Source: Candidatus Binatus sp.
Lineage (GTDB): Bacteria > Desulfobacterota > Binatia > Binatales > Binataceae
Length of the DNA stretch: 40,000 nt
NCBI RefSeq assembly: GCF_035272065.1
Contig: NZ_DATEQZ010000044.1
Location: forward strand, 10,490 to 50,489
Reading direction: 5' to 3'
In this document: positions 24,439-34,700 of the stretch, piece by piece
Layout: each line of letters starts with the position of its first letter
Position numbering within the stretch: position 1 is the first letter of the stretch
The notes under the pieces: generated by a model
The model's database searches: none
What the model saw: the letters and a program-made list of their open reading frames with translations, nothing else
What the model was told of the DNA's origin: nothing
Position numbers and translations under genes: made by a program

Positions 24439-25584
24439 CTACGCGATTTCTTTCATCAGCACGAAGTTGTCGCGATGGATTATTTCGTCGGCCACCTTGT
24501 AGCCGAGCAGCGTTGGAATCTCAGTCGAGCGTCTGCCCGCCACTTTCATCACATCCGACGCGGGATAGTTCACCAACCCGCGGCCGAACTCGACGCCGTC
24601 GGGATCGAGCAGGCTCACGCAGTCGCCGCCGCCGAAATCTCCGCGCACCTCGCGCACGCCCGAAGGCAGGAGAGAACGTCCGCGGTTGCACAGCGCGTCG
24701 GCCGCGCCCTTATCGACCGCGAGCGATCCCGCAGGCCGCAATGCGAATGCGATCCAATGCTTCCGGCTCTTGAGCCGCACTCCGGCCGGAACGATCAGCG
24801 TGCCCGCGTTGCGCGCCGGGTCCAGCGCGGCTGTGACGATTCCAGCTTCGCGCCCGCGCGCGATTATCACGGCGATTCCCGCGCGTGTCGCCTGCCGCGC
24901 CGCCTTCAACTTGGTCGCCATCCCGCCGCTGCCAAGCGGGCCCGCGTTCTCGGCGACCAGACCGCGCATTTCGGCTTCGGGATCGCTGATCACGGGAATC
25001 AGCCGTGCATCGCTGCGCTCGCGAGGGTTGCCGGTCAGCACGCCATCGACGTCGCTCAGAATAATCAGTAGCTGCGCCTGCACGAGGCTCGCGACCAGCG
25101 ACGACAGCACGTCGTTGTCGCCGAGCCGGATTTCCTCGACTGCGACCGTGTCGTTCTCGTTGACGATTGGAATCACGCCCGCGCCGAGTAATTCAGCAAT
25201 GGTTTGATTCGCATTCTGACGGCGCCGGCGTTCCGCCAAATCCTGATGCGTGAGCAAAATCTGCGCGACGCTCCGATCATGAGCGCCGAATGCGCTCGCC
25301 CACGCCGACATCAGATCGATCTGGCCGGTGGCGGCAGCGGCCTGGCGGGCCGCGATCGTAGCGCCGTGAAGTTTCGACAACCGCGCGCGTCCCGCCGCCA
25401 CCGCGCCCGACGTGACGATCACGATTTCCTGCCCCGCCCGTACTGCCGACTCGATCTGCGCTGCGAGCTGCTCGATCACGTCGACGCGCAGCCCGTCGAC
25501 GTCGGATAGCACCGCGCTGCCGACCTTGATCACGATTCGCCGCGCGCGCGCGACCGTCGATTCCTTATAGTTCAGTTGAGACAT
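24439..25584 (-). CDS. proB: glutamate 5-kinase (with C-terminal PUA domain)
   Basis: RIVIKVGSAVLSD amino-acid-kinase N-terminus, IVNENDTVAVEE, and a C-terminal PUA-like region. It overlaps the obg stop by 20 nt. Confidence 0.92.
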   Translation of the reverse strand: MSQLNYKESTVARARRIVIKVGSAVLSDVDGLRVDVIEQLAAQIESAVRAGQEIVIVTSGAVAAGRARLSKLHGATIAARQAAAATGQIDLMSAWASAFGAHDRSVAQILLTHQDLAERRRRQNANQTIAELLGAGVIPIVNENDTVAVEEIRLGDNDVLSSLVASLVQAQLLIILSDVDGVLTGNPRERSDARLIPVISDPEAEMRGLVAENAGPLGSGGMATKLKAARQATRAGIAVIIARGREAGIVTAALDPARNAGTLIVPAGVRLKSRKHWIAFALRPAGSLAVDKGAADALCNRGRSLLPSGVREVRGDFGGGDCVSLLDPDGVEFGRGLVNYPASDVMKVAGRRSTEIPTLLGYKVADEIIHRDNFVLMKEIA

Positions 25585-26584
25585 GGGCCGGCTGATCCAT
25601 CGTATGAAGCATGCGCGCGATCGCCGCGACCAACGGCGCGAGCTTTTCGTTCTTGTCCGCCGAAATCGGAAAGACTTCGAGCCCGGTGAGCTTGCGCAGC
25701 TTGCGCGCGATCTTGGTCACCGCGGCCGCATCGAGCAGATCTATTTTGTTGAGCGCGACGAGTGCCAGCCGCTCCGCGAGCATAGGATCGAACGCCGCGA
25801 TCTCCCCGCGCACGGTCGCGAACGCGGCTGCCGGATCGTCCGCCGCGTCGAGCACGTAAACGATCAACCGCGTGCGTGCCAGATGCCGCAAAAAACGGAT
25901 CCCAAGCCCAAGCCCCTTGTGCGCTCCTTCGATCAGCCCGGGAATATCCGCGAGCGTGAAACTTTCCTCGTCGGAAATAGACACGCGCCCGATATTCGGC
26001 GCGAGCGTGGTGAAAGGGTAGGGCGCGATCTTCGGCCGCGCCGCGCTGAGCGCCGTCAGCAGCGTCGATTTGCCCGCGTTCGGCAATCCGACCAGCCCGG
26101 CTTCCGCGACCAGCCGCAGTTCCATCCGGACCCATCGCTGCTCGCCCGCGGTTCCGGGAGTCGCGATTCGCGGCGAGCGCCGCGTCGACGACGCGAAGTG
26201 CATGTTGCCGCGGCCGCCCTCGCCACCCTGCGCGATTACCGCGGTGTCACCCGGCAACACGAGGTCCGCGAGCGTCTTGCCGCTCTCCTCGTCGAAGACG
26301 ATCGTGCCGGGCGGCACGCGCACGACGACGTCGTCGGCGCCGTGCCCGTATTGTTCCTTGCCGCGGCCGGGCTCGCCGTCCTTCGCGATCAGACGAGGCT
26401 GATATTTGAAATCGAGCAGCGTCGAGAGGCCTTCATCGACCTGGAAGATTACGCTGCCGCCGCGCCCGCCGTTGCCGCCCGCCGGCCCGCCGAACGGCCG
26501 GTACTTCTCACGCAAAAACGCGATCGCCCCGTCGCCCCCCTTCCCGGCGTGCACGAATACCCTGGCTTCATCGATAAATCGCAT
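25565..26584 (-). CDS. obg: GTPase Obg/CgtA
   Basis: MRFIDEARVFVHAGKGGDGAIAFLREKYRPFGGPAGGNGGRGGSVIF (Obg fold). GLPNAGKST is G1, DIPGLIEGA is G3 and NKID is G4. Confidence 0.95.
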   Translation of the reverse strand: MRFIDEARVFVHAGKGGDGAIAFLREKYRPFGGPAGGNGGRGGSVIFQVDEGLSTLLDFKYQPRLIAKDGEPGRGKEQYGHGADDVVVRVPPGTIVFDEESGKTLADLVLPGDTAVIAQGGEGGRGNMHFASSTRRSPRIATPGTAGEQRWVRMELRLVAEAGLVGLPNAGKSTLLTALSAARPKIAPYPFTTLAPNIGRVSISDEESFTLADIPGLIEGAHKGLGLGIRFLRHLARTRLIVYVLDAADDPAAAFATVRGEIAAFDPMLAERLALVALNKIDLLDAAAVTKIARKLRKLTGLEVFPISADKNEKLAPLVAAIARMLHTMDQPAHVSTEL

Positions 26585-26594
26585 GTTTCTGTCT

Positions 26595-26675
26595 CCTCTC
26601 CCAGCAAGGGAGAGGATGAAGGTGAGGGTCTTTATACAGCGCGCTATTCCGCGCGCGATTCAAGATTCTGCCTCC
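26595..26675. repeat. intergenic repeat, family B, copy 1
   Basis: CCTCTCCCAGCAAGGGAGAGGATGAAGGTGAGGGTCTTTATACAGCGCGCTATTCCGCGCGCGATTCAAGATTCTGCCTCC is a direct repeat of 28190-28274, with roughly four fifths identity by eye. Confidence 0.7.
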
Positions 26676-26707
26676 GTATTACCACCGGGCCGTTATGCAA
26701 AGCTTTC

Positions 26708-27736
26708 CTACAGACAAATCTCCGCCAGCGCGCGCACCGTGTTGATATCGCCGGTGCCGATCAGCATCGTCTTGACCGGCGACGCCTTCCACGCCTTGAG
26801 TCGGTCCGCGATTCGCTCGCGGTTCCCGACCAGCGCGACCTCATCGACCAGCTTGTCGGGCACCAGCGCCATCGCCTCGGCCTTCTTGCCCGCGAGGTAC
26901 AGGTCCTGGATTTTCACCGCGACATCTTCGTAACCGAGCCGTTTCGCATAGTCGTTGTAGAAATTTTTTGCGCGCGCGCCCATCCCGCCGATGTACAGCG
27001 CGAGCATCCCCTTCACCGGCATCCGGCACTTCTCGACGTCCGGCCCCATGATACAGGTGACGAACGGCGCGACGTCGAAATTGTCGAGGCTCTTCTTGCC
27101 GCCGGTCTTGGCGAAGCCTTCCTTCAGCGGCACGTCATAGATGTCCCATCGTTCTGGATTCATCCAGACCGGAATTACGCCGTCTGCTATTTCCCCCGCG
27201 AGCGCGATTCCCTTGGGGCTGATCGACGCGGTGTAGATCGGCATGTCCTTGCGCCCGTGCAGGATGCTCTTGAGCGGCTTGCCGAGTCCCGATGCGCCGG
27301 GACCGGTGTACGGGATGTCGAATTCCTTGCCGTGATGCTCGACCGGAACTTCGCGCGCGAGAATCGTGCGCACGATCTCGATGTACTCGCGCGTGCGCTG
27401 GATCGGTTTGCCGTACGGCACGCCGTGCCAGCCCTCGACCACCTGCGGACCCGACGGCCCGATACCCAGGATGAAACGGCCGCCCGACAACGCGTCGAGC
27501 GTCATGGCGGTCATCGCAGTCATGGCAGGGGTGCGCCCCGGCATCTGCATGATACCGGTGCCCAGCCGGATTTTCTTTGTCAGCGCACCGATCCACGCCA
27601 GCGGCGTGATCGCGTCGGAGCCGTACGCCTCCGCCGTCCACACGGAGTCGAAGCCAACGCGCTCAGCCTCGAGGATCGTGTCCATCGGCAAGCCCATCTG
27701 CGCGCCCGAGTAGCCGGAAAGTAAACCTAGTCGCAT
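26708..27736 (-). CDS. LLM-class (luciferase-like) flavin/F420-dependent oxidoreductase
   Basis: [38 protein letters not shown] and [21 protein letters not shown] blocks of the luciferase-like TIM barrel. GGGAGGAA lies upstream of the ATG. Confidence 0.85.
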   Translation of the reverse strand: MRLGLLSGYSGAQMGLPMDTILEAERVGFDSVWTAEAYGSDAITPLAWIGALTKKIRLGTGIMQMPGRTPAMTAMTAMTLDALSGGRFILGIGPSGPQVVEGWHGVPYGKPIQRTREYIEIVRTILAREVPVEHHGKEFDIPYTGPGASGLGKPLKSILHGRKDMPIYTASISPKGIALAGEIADGVIPVWMNPERWDIYDVPLKEGFAKTGGKKSLDNFDVAPFVTCIMGPDVEKCRMPVKGMLALYIGGMGARAKNFYNDYAKRLGYEDVAVKIQDLYLAGKKAEAMALVPDKLVDEVALVGNRERIADRLKAWKASPVKTMLIGTGDINTVRALAEICL

Positions 27737-27804
27737 CGAAATTCCTCCCGTCGCGAGTTGCGGAAATACGCAAGCAAAATCAAAAAGTCAAAATTCGAAT
27801 CACT

Positions 27805-27842
27805 AAAAAAGAGAAGCCCCACGGTGCAAACCGCAGGGCTTC
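27805..27842 (-). terminator. rho-independent terminator after rpmA
   Basis: The reverse strand reads GAAGCCCTGCGGTTTGCACCGTGGGGCTTC followed by TCTTTTTT, about 25 nt after the rpmA stop. Confidence 0.75.
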
Positions 27843-27866
27843 AGCTCAATCTCGCTGGATAACGAT

Positions 27867-28148
27867 CTACGCGGACGCCGCTGCGGTGTCACCGGCGGGG
27901 AGCGGCTCGACGCTCACTTGCCGCTTCTCACCCTTCGGCTCGTACTTAACCACACCGTCGATGAGCGCGTAAATCGTATAGTCGCGGCCGAGACCGACGT
28001 TGCGCCCCGGATGCACGCGCGTGCCGAGCTGGCGGATGAGGATATTGCCGGCCTTGACGGTCTGGCCCGCGTAAATCTTGATACCGCGGCGCTGGCCCGG
28101 ACTGTCGCGGCCGTTGCGCGTCGAACCCTGTCCTTTTTTGTGCGCCAC
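27867..28148 (-). CDS. rpmA: 50S ribosomal protein L27
   Basis: (V)[28 protein letters not shown] is the L27 signature. GTG start at 28148 with AAGGAG 7 nt upstream. The 30 extra codons in the track ORF translate repeat B2. Confidence 0.93.
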   Translation of the reverse strand: MAHKKGQGSTRNGRDSPGQRRGIKIYAGQTVKAGNILIRQLGTRVHPGRNVGLGRDYTIYALIDGVVKYEPKGEKRQVSVEPLPAGDTAAASA

Positions 28149-28189
28149 GCAGTGTCTCCTTGAATCGAAAGCCTGCTGAAACTCTTTCC

Positions 28190-28274
28190 CCTCTCCCTGC
28201 CAGGGAGAGGATCGAAGGTGAGGGTCCTTATTCAGCACGCGATTCGTTTCGCGCGCGATTCAGGATTCCGCCTC
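28190..28274. repeat. intergenic repeat, family B, copy 2
   Basis: CCTCTCCCTGCCAGGGAGAGGATCGAAGGTGAGGGTCCTTATTCAGCACGCGATTCGTTTCGCGCGCGATTCAGGATTCCGCCTC lies between rplU and rpmA. Confidence 0.7.
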
Positions 28275-28348
28275 TGGAATCAGTGATGGAAGGCTCTCCT
28301 CTAATGGGCGGCCTTCCGGGCCGCGGTAAAATAGAACTCGCGCGACGA

Positions 28349-28663
28349 CTATGCGCCCGCGGAGATTTCCTCGATCTTCAGAACGGTCAGTTCCTGCCTA
28401 TGGCCGCGTTTGCGGCGGTAATTCTTGCGGCGCTTTTTCTTGAACACGATTATCTTCGTGCCGCGCGGCTGCTGGACAATCTTCGCCGTCACCGACGCGC
28501 CCGCAACGACCGGAGTGCCGACCTTGGGCGCTTCGCCGCCGACCGCGAGCACCTGGTCAAGTGATATAGCTGCGCCAACCTCGCCGGCGAGCCGCTCGAC
28601 CGTAATCTGGTCGCCGACGCCGACGCGATACTGCTTTCCGCCTGTCTTTACTATTGCAAACAT
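28349..28663 (-). CDS. rplU: 50S ribosomal protein L21
   Basis: [14 protein letters not shown]... with [17 protein letters not shown] is typical of L21. Confidence 0.93.
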   Translation of the reverse strand: MFAIVKTGGKQYRVGVGDQITVERLAGEVGAAISLDQVLAVGGEAPKVGTPVVAGASVTAKIVQQPRGTKIIVFKKKRRKNYRRKRGHRQELTVLKIEEISAGA

Positions 28664-28765
28664 CGCTATGCCGAACGAACACGATTATCGGACGCAGTCA
28701 GCCGTGTCAACGCATCGGGCGTTGTGAGCGCGGTCCCCCGAGGCTGCGGTACGTTGCTTAGTCAG

Positions 28766-29311
28766 TTAGTCGATGCCGAGGCGCTCGCGGCCTTCGGGGG
28801 AAATCATCTGCGGCGTCCATGGCGGATCCCAGACCAAATCGACGTCCGCCTCCGACACGCCCGGCAGGCTCATGATCTTGTAGCGCGCGTCGGTCGCGAT
28901 CGAGGCGCCCATGCCGCAGCCCTGCGCCGTCAGCGTCATCTTGACTTCGACTTTCCTGGTGCCGTCGCCGGCGTCCTTAACTTCCATTCCATAGACGAGG
29001 CCGAGGTCCACGATGTTGACGGGAATTTCCGGGTCGAAGCAGGTCTTGAGCTGCTCCCAGACCATCGCTTCGAGGTCGCCGCCGCCCGACGCTGACACGA
29101 CGCCCGCATCCTCAGGCGTTTTGCCGAGCGCGTCGGCGTCCTTGCCCGCCACGCGAAACAGGCCGCCATACGCGGGGACTTGCAGAGTGAAGGTTCCGCC
29201 GAGCGATTGCGTGATAAAGGCCTCGAGCCCTTTTTCGAGCATCATCTTGTTCCCGGCCGGGACCTGGACGCCTTCGCATTCGCGGGTCAATTCAACGCGT
29301 TCCATCGACAA
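28766..29311 (-). CDS. SufT-like Fe-S assembly protein (N-terminal domain + DUF59/MIP18 domain)
   Basis: 181 aa. LEAMVWEQLKTCFDPEIPVNIVDLGLVYGMEV and MTLTAQGCGMG are characteristic of DUF59. The overall length and N-domain fit SufT. Confidence 0.7.
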   Translation of the reverse strand: MSMERVELTRECEGVQVPAGNKMMLEKGLEAFITQSLGGTFTLQVPAYGGLFRVAGKDADALGKTPEDAGVVSASGGGDLEAMVWEQLKTCFDPEIPVNIVDLGLVYGMEVKDAGDGTRKVEVKMTLTAQGCGMGASIATDARYKIMSLPGVSEADVDLVWDPPWTPQMISPEGRERLGID

Positions 29312-29446
29312 ATACCTTCCTTGTCAGGTGGAGTATTCTAACGCGACAGCTGGGCGCGAGCCATAGGCGGGCGACGCGGCGGGATTGGCCGCAGACTTTC
29401 CGATGTGGGATATTGGCGTCGAAAATTCAGGGAGGTGAAATTTTCG

Positions 29447-29737
29447 ATGCCCACTACGTGGTTTTGTTTCATCTGACTCAAGGGACTTGACCATCTTCGA
29501 GGCTCGCCCGATCGGGTCGATGCGGCGAAGAAGACTTTCAGTCAGCACGGCGCCAAGGTAAAGGACTTCTACTCGCTGATGGGACAGTACGATTCGATGT
29601 TCATCGTCGAGGCGCCGAACGACGATGTCATGGCGCAACTGTCGCTGACGGTCGGCGCTCTGGGCAACGTGCGGACGGAGACGCATCGCGCCTTCAACGA
29701 GGAGGAGTATCGCAAGATCGTCAAGAACATTCCGTGA
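29447..29737 (+). pseudogene. GYD-domain protein gene disrupted near its 5' end (in-frame TGA at 29474-29476)
   Basis: GGGAGGTG then ATG, then MPTTWFCFI*. The same frame then reads LKGLDHLRGSPDRVDAAKKTFSQHGAKVKDFYSLMGQYDSMFIVEAPNDDVMAQLSLTVGALGNVRTETHRAFNEEEYRKIVKNIP* (GYD-family body). The +1 frame of 29455-29484 reads YVVLFHLTQG, the N-terminal strand expected after MPT. Confidence 0.6.
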
Positions 29738-29760
29738 CGGTCGCGGCGTGAAAGGCGGCG

Positions 29761-31695
29761 TTGCCGCGGCGCATCGTCCCTGCTAAAGCGAAGGAAGGAC
29801 GAAGGGGCAGGCGGTTGGAAGAAGCGGGAATCCCGGGCGGGAATCAGCGTCATTTTGGCGTCTCGGCCAAGCAGAAGCTGTATCAGTTCCTGTGCTCGCG
29901 GCCGGCCGGCGCCGACTCAAGCGAGTTGATTGGTCTGCTGCTGAGCGGCGTCGGCTCCGACCCTGAACTCGGCGCGCGGCTCGTGCGCCACCTGCTCGAC
30001 GGCGATCCGAATTTCATCTTCGACATCGACACGGCGCAGTGGCGGCTGGCGCAGAGCGATCGGCTGCGCGTCGAGCTCGACCAGGCTGAGTTCACGGTCG
30101 TCGATCTGGAAACCACCGGCGGTCGCGCCGGCCCCGGCACGATCATCGAGATCGGAGCCTACCGGATGGTTGGTAAGCGCCTCACCGAGACCTTTTCGCA
30201 ACTCGTGCGGCCGCAGGGCGGGGTCGTGCCGCGCTTTATCACGGGGCTGACGTCGATCACGACGGAGATGATTCGCGAGGCGCCGCCGATCGAGGAAGTG
30301 CTGCCGGCGTTTCGCGAGTTCATAGGCGAGCGCGTGATGGTCGCGCACAACGCGGCCTTCGACTTCGGCTTCCTTGACTTCGAATACCGGCGCATCTTCG
30401 GAATCGGCCTCGCCAATCCTGTCCTGTGTACCCTTCGGATGGCGCGCCGGTTCATGCCGTCGCTCAAGCGCCGCCGGCTCGATTTGCTCGCGAACCATTT
30501 CGGACTCTCGCTCGAAGGACGGCATCGCGGCCTCGGCGACGCGCGGATGGCCGCGGAGATTTTGTCGATTTTCCTCGAGATGGCGCAGCGGATGGGCATC
30601 ACGCGGCTCGATCGCCTACTCGACGATCATCATCGCGGACTTGCGGGCAGGAGAATCGAGCGTCATGTACCGCCCGAGGAAATCGCGGCGCTTCCGCATG
30701 CACCCGGCGTGTACCTGATGCGTAACGAGCGCGGCGACTTGCTCTATATCGGTAAGGCGCGGCGGCTCCGGGAGCGGGTGAGCTCATACTTCACGGCGTC
30801 GGTGAAGGCGAAGACGGCGGAACTGATCTCGCACGTTTACAAAATCGAGACGCGAACGACGCGCTCGCCGCTGGAGGTGGCGCTCGACGAAGCGCGGCTG
30901 ATCCGCGAGCTGAAACCGCCGTACAATCGCATGCTCAAATCCGCGGCGCCAGCGTATTTCATCAAGCTCGACATGATGGACGAGTTTCCGCGCGTGATGC
31001 TTTCCACCAAGATGAGCGCGCGGCGCGGCGTCATGCATCTTGGCCCGTTCATCGGGCGGCGCGGCATCGAGCATTCAGTGCGCGCGCTGTCGCGGATTCT
31101 CGGCCTGCGCACCTGCGGCGGCAAGCTCGCGCCGAGTGGGGAAGTTTCGCCGTGCATCTACGGGCAGATGGGCCACTGCACCGCGCCATGCAACCTGAGT
31201 ATCGACGAAGAAAAATACGCTGAGCGCGTTCGGCGCGCAGTTGGATTTCTACGCGGCCGCACTGGCCCGCTGCTCGGTGAACTGGCGCGGGCGCGCGACC
31301 AGGCCGCTGCCGCCATGCGCTTCGAGGAGGCCGCGCGTTTTCGCAGCCATCTCGAAGCGCTAACCACGCTGGTGCATCGCGCGACCCGGCTGAGCGAAGT
31401 GGTGACGGAGAACAATCTCGTGATCGTGACCGGCGCGGCTGACGATCGCAGGGCGCACGTCGTGCTGTCGGGTCGCCTCGCGATGACCCTGCTGCTCGAT
31501 CGTGATGAGGCTGCGCGCGAAGTGGCAGAGTTCGTCGCCGGCAACTACGAGCGGTACAAGTTGAAAGCCGTCGAGCGAGGCGAGCTGGAGCCGATGACGA
31601 TCGTCGCGCGATGGCTCCGGGAGCGCACGCCCGACGAGGGCCGCGTCATTCATTTGAGCGGTCCGCATCTGGATCCGCGCGCGTTGGCGAATTGA
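29761..31695 (+). CDS. DEDD (DnaQ-like) 3'-5' exonuclease fused to a UvrC/Cho-like GIY-YIG nuclease region
   Basis: FTVVDLETTG is Exo I, VAHNAAFDFGFL is Exo II and HRGLGDARMAAEI is Exo III. PGVYLMRNERGDLLYIGKARRLRERVSSYF is the GIY-YIG motif. Start uncertain: TTG 29761 in the track, other TTG candidates downstream. Confidence 0.8.
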   Translation: MPRRIVPAKAKEGRRGRRLEEAGIPGGNQRHFGVSAKQKLYQFLCSRPAGADSSELIGLLLSGVGSDPELGARLVRHLLDGDPNFIFDIDTAQWRLAQSDRLRVELDQAEFTVVDLETTGGRAGPGTIIEIGAYRMVGKRLTETFSQLVRPQGGVVPRFITGLTSITTEMIREAPPIEEVLPAFREFIGERVMVAHNAAFDFGFLDFEYRRIFGIGLANPVLCTLRMARRFMPSLKRRRLDLLANHFGLSLEGRHRGLGDARMAAEILSIFLEMAQRMGITRLDRLLDDHHRGLAGRRIERHVPPEEIAALPHAPGVYLMRNERGDLLYIGKARRLRERVSSYFTASVKAKTAELISHVYKIETRTTRSPLEVALDEARLIRELKPPYNRMLKSAAPAYFIKLDMMDEFPRVMLSTKMSARRGVMHLGPFIGRRGIEHSVRALSRILGLRTCGGKLAPSGEVSPCIYGQMGHCTAPCNLSIDEEKYAERVRRAVGFLRGRTGPLLGELARARDQAAAAMRFEEAARFRSHLEALTTLVHRATRLSEVVTENNLVIVTGAADDRRAHVVLSGRLAMTLLLDRDEAAREVAEFVAGNYERYKLKAVERGELEPMTIVARWLRERTPDEGRVIHLSGPHLDPRALAN

Positions 31696-31704
31696 TCGCC
31701 ACCG

Positions 31705-34700
31705 TTATTCCTTGGCCTGAGTGCCGATCCCGGTCAGACCGACAGAACTCGGCGAATTGTTCGCGTTACTCCTGATGGTGAGCGTGCCGCCGCGCGTGCC
31801 GAGGGCGGTGGGCGAGAAGGTTACGGTCACCGAGCATTTGGACTTGGGGCCGATCGTCACGCCGCATCCGCTCACCATCGCGAAATCACCGCTGGCAACG
31901 ATGCTCGAAAACGTGACGGCCGTGGTCTTGCTCTTGTTCTGGATCGTGACGTGCTGGGGTTTGCTGACGGCGCCGTTGCCGAACACGACCTTGCCGAGTT
32001 TGAGTCGATGCGGTGAGACCTTAAGCGCGACAGGGACGGCGGTGGCGGTGGGAGTGGCCGTGGGAGTTGAAGTCGCAGTGGCGGTGTCGGTTGCCGTCGC
32101 TGTCGATGTCTGAGTTGGCGTTGCTGTTGCTGTATCGGTGGCAGTCGGAGTCGCGGACGGGTGTTGGTTGCAGTCGCCGTTGCGGTGTCGGCCGCTGTCG
32201 CTGATGAGGTCGGAGTCGCGGTCTGAGTTGCAGTTGCAGTATCGGTTGCAGTCGCCGTCTGAGTCGTGGTGGCGGTCGCTGTTGCTGATGCGGTCGGAGT
32301 CGCGGTCTGAGTTGCAGTCGCGGTGTCAGTCGCAGTCGCCGTTGCGGTGTCGGTTGCAGTTGCGGTTGCGGTCGCTGTATCGGTCGCACTCGCAGTTGCG
32401 GTATCAGTCGCAGTTGCGGTTGCGGTGTCGGTTGCAGTTGCGGTGTCGGTCGGGGTCGCGGTCTAAGTTGCAGTTGCAGTATCGGTCGGCGTTGCAGTCG
32501 CTGTCGCCGTGTTGGTCGGAGTAGCGGTCGCAGTCGGCGTATCGCTCGGCGTGTCCGTGGCGGTTGAGGTCGCGGTAACAGTCGCAGTCGCCGTTGCACT
32601 CGCAGTTGCGGTGTCAGTCGCCGTCGCCGTGGCCGTGGCAGTATCGGTTGCCGTAGCGGTCGGCGTGTCAGTTGCAGTCGGAGTGTCAGTGGGCGTGTTG
32701 GTGGCTACTGCCGTATCGGTCGCAGTCGCAGTCGGCGTATCTGACGCGGTCGCGGTTGCGGTAGTAGTCGGCGTTGGACTCGCGGACGGAACTACCGGTT
32801 GATCGAAACGCAGCACGCGATTGTTGGTTTTGTCGGCAACGTACAAGTTGCCCGGACCGTCGAGGCTGATACCGGCGGGATTGCAAATTCCGGTGGCGCT
32901 CGAGCTCGAGCACACTTGGGTCGTGAAACTCGTGCCGCCACCGCCTTGGCCGAAAACGAGGTCCGCAGTCGTATCGCCCGCGCCGGTGGTCGCATTGAGC
33001 GCCGCCAGCGGTTGATTGAATTCGAGCACTCGCGAGTTGTCCGTGTCTGAAATGAACAGGTCGCCGCTTGGGTCGGTAACCAGCCCGCGCGGAGTGCACA
33101 GCGTGTCCGCACTCGGAACGTCGCCGCCGTTGCACAGCCCGGAGGTGAAGATTCCGCTTTGTCCGAACACGTTGTCGGCGACCGTATCGCCGGGGTTGAA
33201 CTCGAGCACGCGATTGTTGTCCGTATCGGACACGTACAGATCGTTCGACCGATCGACCGTCACTCCTTCGGGTAAGCACATCGAGAGGCCGTTGATAGTG
33301 GCCGTGCCGAAGTTGCATCCGGTGGTCGTGAAGCTGCCGTTTTGTCCCCACACTTGACCGGCGCTTTGTCCGGCAATCGGCGCGGAAATGGCGAACGGGG
33401 TAAGATATTCGAGCACGCGATTGTTGTCGGCGTCGGCCACATACAGATTGCCGGAACTGTCCACCGCAACGTCCACCGGATTGCACAGGCTGTCCGCGCC
33501 GATTCCGTTGGAATCTCCCACGGCGACGCCGTCGTTGCAGTTGACGGATAGCGCGTCAGGTTGTCCGATAAACGATATCAGCCGGCCTGCCGTTGACGAA
33601 CGCGGCGGCGTTGGCCCATCCGAGCACGCGATTGTTGGCCGCGTCGGCGACGTAGAGGCGGTTATTGCCGCCGCTGGAATCGATCGCGACTCCCGCAGGC
33701 GCCTGCAGTGCGGCCGCGGTCGGATTGTCGATTCCGTTGTGAACCAGGTCGAACTGTCCGAGCACCGCGCCGGCAATCGGCGGCGACGACAGCGGCGTCA
33801 GGTACTCGAGGATGCGGCTGTTCGAGGCGTCGGCGACAAAGACGTCGCCCGGACCGTCCACGGCGACGCCGTCCGCAGGCATAGCACGGCTCCGCTGGGA
33901 GCGATCCCGCTGCCGGCGGCGCCGCCGCAGACGCCCGCGATGAAACTGCCGTTTTGGCCGAAGACCACGTCCGCGGTCACGTCGCCGGCGCTGCCGGGCG
34001 TGCCGGGCGAGCCGCCGCCGCTCGCGAGCGGGTTCAGGTATTCGAGTACGCGGCTGTTGTTGATATCGGTGACGAACAAGTCGCCGCCGCTATCCAGCGC
34101 CAGCCCGCTCAAGTTGCAGAGTCCGTCGGCGCTGGGTGCGGGATCGCCGCCAGCTCCGTCATAACAGAAGAAGTCGGTGAAATCGGCCCCAGTTGAGCCC
34201 TGGCCGAAGACCCGGTCGGCGGTTACGTCGCCGGCGCCGGTGAGGATATTCGCAGCCGCCAGCGGCTGATTGAATTCGAGCACGCGATGATCGCCGTCGT
34301 CGCCGACGTACACATTTCCCGAGCCGTCTACGGCGACCGACAAGGGGTTGCACATCCCGACCGCCGACGCGCTGCCACCGTTAATGACGCACACGCGGTC
34401 GATGAAGTCGGTGCCGGTCGCGCCTTGGCCAAAGACGAGGTCCGCAATCGTGTCGCCGGCCCCGGTGACAGCATCGAACACCGCCAACGGCTGGTTGAAT
34501 TCGAGCACACGATTGTTGCCCGCGTCGGCGACGTAAAGATTGTCGCTCGCGTCGGCGGCGACGCCCTGGGGAAAACACAAGCCCGCCGCCGTCTGCGCGC
34601 ATGCCGACTGGGTGAAGCTGCCGCCCTGCCCGAATACGGCGTTCGCCGCGAAGCCAAAAGCAATTGCCTGCGCGAACGGCTGATTGTATTCGAGCACTCG

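Noticed and set aside
27763-27791. Promoter call for the LLM oxidoreductase (TTGACT, 17 nt, TATTTC)
   Set aside because: The -35 is good, but the -10 lacks the conserved final T and matches only 3 of 6 positions. It is mentioned in a finding and not listed as a feature.
29324-29686. 120-aa - strand ORF
   Set aside because: It is antisense to the recognisable GYD-domain reading frame, has an Arg/Ser-rich shadow composition and lacks an SD.
32021-32802. Possible CRISPR array or independent genes in the highly repetitive 32.0-32.8 kb region (track ORFs 32021..32599, 32138..32524, 32509..32802)
   Set aside because: There is no repeat-spacer architecture. The periodicity is 6-18 nt codon-level (ACN-GCN-...), encoding a T/A/D/P linker in frame with the NHL repeats. 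The other ORFs are alternative frames of the same low-complexity DNA (PRPQ-rich or VAV-rich).
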